Below, in pieces: positions 57,745 through 64,000 of a stretch of DNA of 64,000 nt (its first letter is position 1; each line of letters starts with the position of its first letter). A program made the position numbers and the translations under genes. The notes beneath the pieces were generated by a model. The model was not told where the DNA came from and made no database searches. It saw only the letters and a program-made list of their open reading frames with translations. This stretch comes from Macrostomum lignano. Its lineage: Eukaryota. The stretch spans positions 210,047 through 274,046 of the forward strand of contig NIVC01001524.1 of assembly GCA_002269645.1 (NCBI GenBank). Reading direction: 5' to 3'.

Positions 57745-58563
57745 ATGGGTGTAATTATGAAGCAGCTGTGGATTAGCAGCGACAGCAGAAAGCTCGTGTC
57801 CCACAAGCTGCAGAGACGCCTAGTGATCATCTCTGTAATCCTTGGCGTCTCAGTTTTCATCTTGTTCCTCGGCGGCTTGATGTGGGCTCTGATTGCCGCG
57901 AATCGTGATCCGTCTGTAAATATTTCCTCTCTGAAGTACATCTCGTATGCGTTCTTCGGCATCAGCGGCGTCGGCATAATCGCATTCTGCTTCATGTGGC
58001 TCGTGTTTGTTCGCGACGCAAAATTTGAGATACACCAGCAAGAGTTGCGACATGCGCCGAATTTGTTTCGCTTCCCGCCTCCGGACGTAGAGGAAGAGAC
58101 GCGTTCGGATTTCGCTGTGACGGGTCAGGAGGAGAGCACCCAGATGACTGACCTGCATGGCAGTAGACCGGACGTGGTTGTGGCAGTCGCTGTGGAAGTG
58201 GACGCAGCTCGCGAGCGACCAGGCGTGGTGTCTTCCGATGGAACGCGTCATCCGAGCGAGTCGTCCTTGACAACAGGCGTATACGACCCAGCCAGTCCGT
58301 CTGGCGGCCTGTCCTCGACGTCATCGGAGCGACCCTTGACGGCGGTGCTACCTAGTCGGTACAATCGAGCCGGCCGACTGCCCAGCGATATGCCTCGGCC
58401 CAGAGCGGTAAGCAATTCGGATTCAATCAATGGAGCGGCGCTGTCTGCAAGTTCTGGCTCCGCGCTATCGCCAGCGGCGGTTATTCTGGAGCCGTCAGCA
58501 CTGAGGTACTCGCGGCCCAGCTCTGTCACGACAAGCAGTAGCAAAGAACGGTTCATTGTCTGA
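57745..58563 (+). CDS. Two-transmembrane protein with disordered S/P-rich C-terminus (about 272 aa), unknown family
   Basis: ATG at 57745. Hydrophobic segments LVIISVILGVSVFILFLGGLMWALI and YISYAFFGISGVGIIAFCFMWLVFV. GC-rich coding-like composition. Confidence 0.7.
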   Translation: MGVIMKQLWISSDSRKLVSHKLQRRLVIISVILGVSVFILFLGGLMWALIAANRDPSVNISSLKYISYAFFGISGVGIIAFCFMWLVFVRDAKFEIHQQELRHAPNLFRFPPPDVEEETRSDFAVTGQEESTQMTDLHGSRPDVVVAVAVEVDAARERPGVVSSDGTRHPSESSLTTGVYDPASPSGGLSSTSSERPLTAVLPSRYNRAGRLPSDMPRPRAVSNSDSINGAALSASSGSALSPAAVILEPSALRYSRPSSVTTSSSKERFIV

Positions 58564-60859
58564 TGACTGTTTTAGGATAAATACTTCCAATTGAAATTCA
58601 TTTACTATGTCGATGCATAGAAGAAAAGATCCCTATTATTTTCTGAACGTCTGGCCAAAGGTTAAACTTCAATATAGCCTCTTGGACTTACGTCAAGTCA
58701 GGGATCTCTTTATAGCTGGAACGAAAAAAGTCTTAAGTTCTTACCATCGTGCAAAAGTCCATCAGATACAGAGCAAGTATAGCAATCTTGCTGGTTGCTG
58801 AATTTTAAAAAAAATATGAACTGCTGGGTTGGGTTTGATTGGTCGTTGATACAGAATTGTAATGTCATATTGTACTTGACTATGATGATTATCTGGACAT
58901 AAGTCTGCAGACTATTTTTCTACCGTGTGCACACTGCCAATCTTCTTTGTTGAACTCATTTTATGTTTGTTGACTTTTCGTGTCACATCTTTTCATGTTT
59001 TATTCACCTCCTGCGCCTTAAAAACCGAAACTCTTTCATTGTCCGAAGTGATTCAAGCATTCGTTTTCGCCCTGACTAACTTACTGGTAGCTAGCTACGT
59101 ATAATTTTATAATTTATACCCTCGAAAAAACAACTAAACCCATTTTAGACAGTTCTTTCGACAATGCTTAACACTGAAAGGACAAAAGGACGATGTTTTG
59201 AAAAAATTTACTCGTCTAACAATTCTACAAAAAATGTGTCCAAAGTTAGTAAAAGTTAAATTTAAATTAATTTTCTGTTTAAAATAGCAGTAGAGTTTAT
59301 CAAGATTGTCGAAAAAAAGACAAAATGTTATAAATTCAATAACGCGACAATTGTAGTTAACTCTGCGATTCATCCTTATGTAGAGTCAAATTTGAAAAAT
59401 CCGTTGTGAGAAATATTCAAATCAGAGCTGCAATTTATGTTTTATTTGTAATTGTACTACGAGTAAAGTTTTCGGCATCGCTTTTGTTTAAAAAATCGAC
59501 TATATAAGTTAATTTCAAACGATTTACGATTGGTGTTGAGCTCTAGTTCGTAAATACGCTCGTAGTTAGATGCGTTAAATAACTGGCACATCCGATAGCT
59601 ACTGCACTTCTTAAGGAAACTCATAACAATTGCTTCCATCCATTGTTTCTTAAGGTATCGCGACTTTTAGACCATTGGAATATATGTTCTATTGCTGCAA
59701 TAACTCTTTTTATATCCAGTGCATCTAGCGTACATATACAATTGTACAAATTGCTCACAGCTTTCTGTAGGGAGTCAAAAGTCGTAGAAAGCATTGCGTT
59801 TAAATGAAACATATTTCTTAATTAAAATTCTCGCAATATGTTTAGTGAATAATGTAAAAGAAAGTTATACTAGAGGTGACTTATTCATCTGAATAGTATA
59901 TAAATTTGTTTGTGAGCTCAGTTTTTTCGGTTCTGTTGGAGTACAAATACTGAAAACAAGCTATATATTGCCAGACAGTTAGCATGGGAGTTACCCTGGA
60001 CGGCTTAGTTATTAGGGCTTAAAGAGCCTCTGAGGAAATGCAATAGCGCCAAGTGCTGCATATAGTCCGGGTGAGCTATAGTTTAAACTGACTTTGAGAC
60101 AGTACTCCAGGGTTTAGGATTTGCTAAACAAACATTACTGTGTGGCTGGACATTTTTCTCATATGAGGGAAGAGGAACTATATATAGCTAGCTATAGTGA
60201 AATCAATGGCATTACCATATAGAAGCCATTGCAATAATTTCGTTAATGGGAAATTACTAATCAAGCCTATAAAAAAATCGATCATTATTTGATTGACTGA
60301 CGTTCGATTTGTGAGAATAGTTAAGTAAGCTGGTGGATTTTCTGTCTTACATGTACATGCAGTTGCAACGGTTAGTGGATAATATAAGTACATTCTTTAT
60401 TCGAATATGCCAACGTTTATCCGTAAGGGCGTGTCCTAGAGGTAGAACTACAAGTACAAAATTGTTGTACAGCTTGAATAGAAAAGCACACACACAGTTT
60501 GGACCCTGGAACGGCTACAGAGAGAAAGCATTGTTCTATATAGTATTGATACGAACTGGCACACTTAGTATTGACTCAGCCAGAGCTTCTGCGTTAGATA
60601 TAGCGCAATGGGAAAATAGACAGCTGGTCAATACAGTCACCTTTTTAGCTACTGTAGACAGTAAGGAAATTCCCCTCAGCCAGAAAGCATGAGTTATGAG
60701 TTTTTAGAATGCATAAGACTGACAAACAGAGCTACTGAAAGTGGCGAAGAAAGGAAACAATGAACTTCATTCGATCTGAGTATTGCTCAAGCTTAAGTTG
60801 TTTAGTGTCAACACATGAGTTGAGGGAATGAGTTGAGTTGAGGGAATCATTTGAGGGAA

Positions 60860-61655
60860 TGATGGGAAGAATCAAGATGGAGTGGGAAGAATCAGGATGG
60901 AGTGTGAAGAATCAGGATGGGATGGGAAGAATCAAGATCGGATGGGAAGAATCAGGATGGGATGGGAAGAATCAGGATGGGGTGGGAAGAATCAGGATGG
61001 GATGGAAAGAATCAGGATGGGTGGGAAGAATCAGGATGGGATGGGAAGAATCAGAATTGGATGGGAAGAATCAGGATGGGATGGGAAGAATCAGGATGGG
61101 ATGGGAAGAATCAGGATGGGGTGGGAAGAATCAGGATGGGATGGAAAGAATCAGGATGGGTGGGAAGAATCAGGATGGGATGGGAAGAATCAGAATTGGA
61201 TGGGAAGAATCAGGATGGGATGGGAAGAATCAGGATGGGATGGGAAGAATCAGGATGGAGTGGAAGAATCAGGATGGAGTGGAAGAATCAAGATGGAGTG
61301 GAAGAATCAGGATGGAATGGGAAGAATCAGGATGGAATGGGAAGAATCAGAATTGGATGGGAAGAATCAGGATGGGATGGGAAGAATCAGGATGGGATGG
61401 GAAGAATCAGGATGGAGTGGGAAGAATCAGGATGGAGTGGAAGAATCAGGATGGAGTGGAAGAATCAGGATGGAGTGGAAGAATCAGGATGGAATGGGAA
61501 GAATCAGGATGGAATGGGAAGAATCAGGATGGGATGGGAAGAATCAGGATGGAGTGGAAGAATCAGGATGGAGTGGAAGAATCAGGATGGAGTGGAAGAA
61601 TCAGGATGGAGTGGAAGAATCAGGATGGAGTGGAAGAATCAGGATGGGGTAGGAT
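60860..61655. repeat. Purine-rich minisatellite, 19-20 bp unit (GGGAAGAATCAGGATGGGAT / GGAAGAATCAGGATGGAGT)
   Basis: Direct repetition; the overlapping ORFs are artefacts. Confidence 0.95.
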
Positions 61656-62034
61656 GGGGTAAATCCAATATTCCAACGTACGTGTCCATATTCCAAGGTA
61701 CTCAATCCACCAATACCTGCCACAATAGCGATAGGACTAAATTTTAAATGTTTAAGTAGGTTTATTCAATGTATTCATGCTTTCTGTACATTCAATATAT
61801 TATGCTTTGTGGCCATGAGTACTTATGAACGCTTAATTTTCAAGTGCCAACAGATCTAGAAATGCATATCTATGGTACTCAAACGAAATCAACCAATAAC
61901 GTTGAAGTATGAAAGCAACTAAAAGAAGGACCACTGGTAAATTGCATTGCTTTTTTGTAAAACATGTTGCACGCACACGATCATATTGGGCATCAAAGTT
62001 ACGTTGGTAGACTTTCTGAGTAAATCGTTCATTA

Positions 62035-63322
62035 ATTACCATTTTATCACGCTGGCGCGCGTTAGATGCACGATTTACTGTGCGTCTAATGTAGGTGTCT
62101 ATGGCAATTTTCTATCTGAGTAAAGGCAACAAGCGTGCGTCTAACGCGTGCGTGTAATGCACGGAAAGTGAGTAGCACCTCTGGAGATTTCCGATCGAAG
62201 TAGTCAGACAGCCTCTTCAGATCAACAGGCTCGATCGATTGGAAGTGTCGGCGCGTCCGCCTCGGGCAATGAAGATTCTGCCATTGACTTCAGTGTCGTA
62301 TTGGAAGCATAGAATGCGTCGTCAGTTAGAATATTGATTCGCCTTGTCGACATGAAATGCCGGTAGAGCGCAGCTCGGATACAAATCAACGTGGCTGGAG
62401 CAAAGTATTCGCCATTCCTCTTGCGAAGTGAGCCATAGAAGTATCGCAATAGTCGATCTCGCGCGGTGTAGAAGTCGCCAAATCACGCTGAACTGACGGA
62501 TGGTTCTCCATGAAGCTCTGCAACTTACCGACATAATATTCGGTAGCCTTTGTCACACTTTTACTAGCAGCGGTGTCCTCGATTTCGGAAACGAGCTGTT
62601 CCAATTCAAGTAGTTCAGCTTCTTCGTCAGGTATCTTCTTGAAAAGTGCCTCCAGAAGATCCTCCTCTTCTCGATCAATTGCCGACTCCGGTAGATTATC
62701 AGGCTCGTTCAGAATGTCGTCAATCTCATTGGTGGACAAGCCGGAAATCATTTCGTTTGGAAATTTGCTCAGATTCAGAAGTCTGACTTTAGTTGGTGGC
62801 TCAGCCATATTCTCTCACAAGTGATTTTAATTTAACAGCTTCTTATTCCCTTCTTCGCAACACTCAATCAACTTGCGTGCCTTTCACGCATTTTTGTCTA
62901 TGGTTAAGACAAATTAACTGAGCGTGCATCTAACGCGCCATCTAAAGTATTAAGCCAACGTAATACAATGCAACTCATACCACAAGAATTGTACATCAAA
63001 AATCGATGTATGAATCCTACATTTTATGCACAGAAAATCCGGGATTTTTTTACACAGAGTTCAATTTTTGAGAGATAACTGCGCGCGCATGTGCCAGCTG
63101 AGTGCCAGCTGAAACAGAAAAAAAAAACCTGTCAAATCTTGTAGCTGATTGAAGCAGAAACGCGGTAGTTTAGGGACTGTACAGAAGCAATACCATAATT
63201 CATAATTTAGAACGATTCATTAGTCTGGTTTGCGTGTGACATGTAAGCACAATATGCTATTATCAGACTTTAGTCCGACTGGGACCGGATAGTAACCAAC
63301 TCGAAGTGATAAAATGGATAAT
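62035..63322 (-). mobile_element. Crypton-type (tyrosine recombinase transposon) relic, truncated
   Basis: Frameshifted ORF ...SVTKATEYYVGKLQSF...EID / RYFYGSLRKRNGEYFAPATLICIRAALYRH...INILTDDAFYASN resembles the Crypton/DUF3504-associated N-terminal domain. Inverted CCATTTTATCAC ends. Confidence 0.6.
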
Positions 63323-63620
63323 CGTCAAGGTTAAGCGTGTACAGTGGAACATAAATCAATAGTTTTTCATTATTGCGATAACTTCCTGTAACGATGCAAT
63401 CCAACAAAGACATTCCGTATAGTTTGAAGCTATCATAATTTCATTGCAAGAAAATAAACTGTTTGCTTTCCGCTACAGGCTGCTTTTTTACTGCTCTCTT
63501 GCTGAAGACACTTCTTTCAGAGTGGGCAGGCTTGCGTCCATGGAGACTCGTCTGCAAATTGAAAAGCAATGTTTTTATTTTAGCATTTTAGCGATTTCAG
63601 TTGAAGCTCAAACGTCTCAC

Positions 63621-63867
63621 CTTTGGGAAGGCACATTACTGTTTCCGGAGCTGACAGCGAGCGCGCGTCTTGTCCCAGTCTTTGCCGCTGCCAAACGGAT
63701 GTTTGAAGCTGCGTTCGCAGGATGCTCTTCACCAAAATGAGCGTCTCCAGCTTTGGAATGCGCCTGATGCAGGAGTCCACGTCAGCTTGGGTGACCTCGA
63801 CTAGGCTGCAGTTCTCTTCCTCGTCTGGTAGCGGAAAACTGCCGAAGTTGGTTACCCACACGTGCTC
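63621..63867 (-). CDS. Possible internal exon of an unidentified gene
   Basis: Open GC-rich frame bounded by CCCACAG|GAG and AAG|GTGAGA. No recognisable domain or partner exon. Confidence 0.3.
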
Positions 63868-64000
63868 CTGTGGGTGTTGCGTCATAGTTTGTTTTATGTA
63901 GATTTTATGTAGATGTTACCTGCTCCTGATCCTCATAGGTTTGGGTTGTGTTCCTGTTATCTCCATGGTTTGGTCAGTGTGTGTTTCCTGTTATCTCATG

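Noticed and set aside
59134-60692. Several short ORFs in AT-rich DNA
   Set aside because: No motifs, no consistent splice structure, and lengths expected by chance.

Overview
Eukaryotic (animal) genomic DNA, not prokaryotic. It has GT-AG spliced genes, many minisatellites and animal retroelements. The style (Q-rich proteins, dense 16-40 bp minisatellites, the RTE family seen) suggests a free-living flatworm such as Macrostomum, but that is inference only. Left part (1-18.8 kb): four exons of a DSTYK-like gene (- strand) whose dynamin-like G1/G3/G4 motifs look intact, a Q-rich gene nested antisense in its first intron, and a PTB+SH2 (SH2D5-like) gene; most introns carry a distinct minisatellite. 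Middle (18.8-38.25 kb): a sharply bounded ~19 kb transposon graveyard almost devoid of CpG and rich in CTA/TAG. In it, TIRs, an RTE RT and a TTF zinc finger show C:G>T:A changes at CpG and also at CpA. It contains an R2-clade retrotransposon outside rDNA, nested in an RTE LINE. 39.1-40.8 kb: two diverged copies of a ~420 bp non-coding module with a near-invariant 43-nt core resembling a twister-like ribozyme fold, followed by a Gypsy relic. Right part (43.7-55.6 kb): a birth-and-death array of intronless, cysteine-reduced DEG/ENaC channels (2 intact, 4 relics). After it come a two-TM orphan gene, MITEs/SINEs and a Crypton relic. No CRISPR array, rRNA gene or true tRNA gene was found. All homology calls are from motif recognition by eye; no searches were run.
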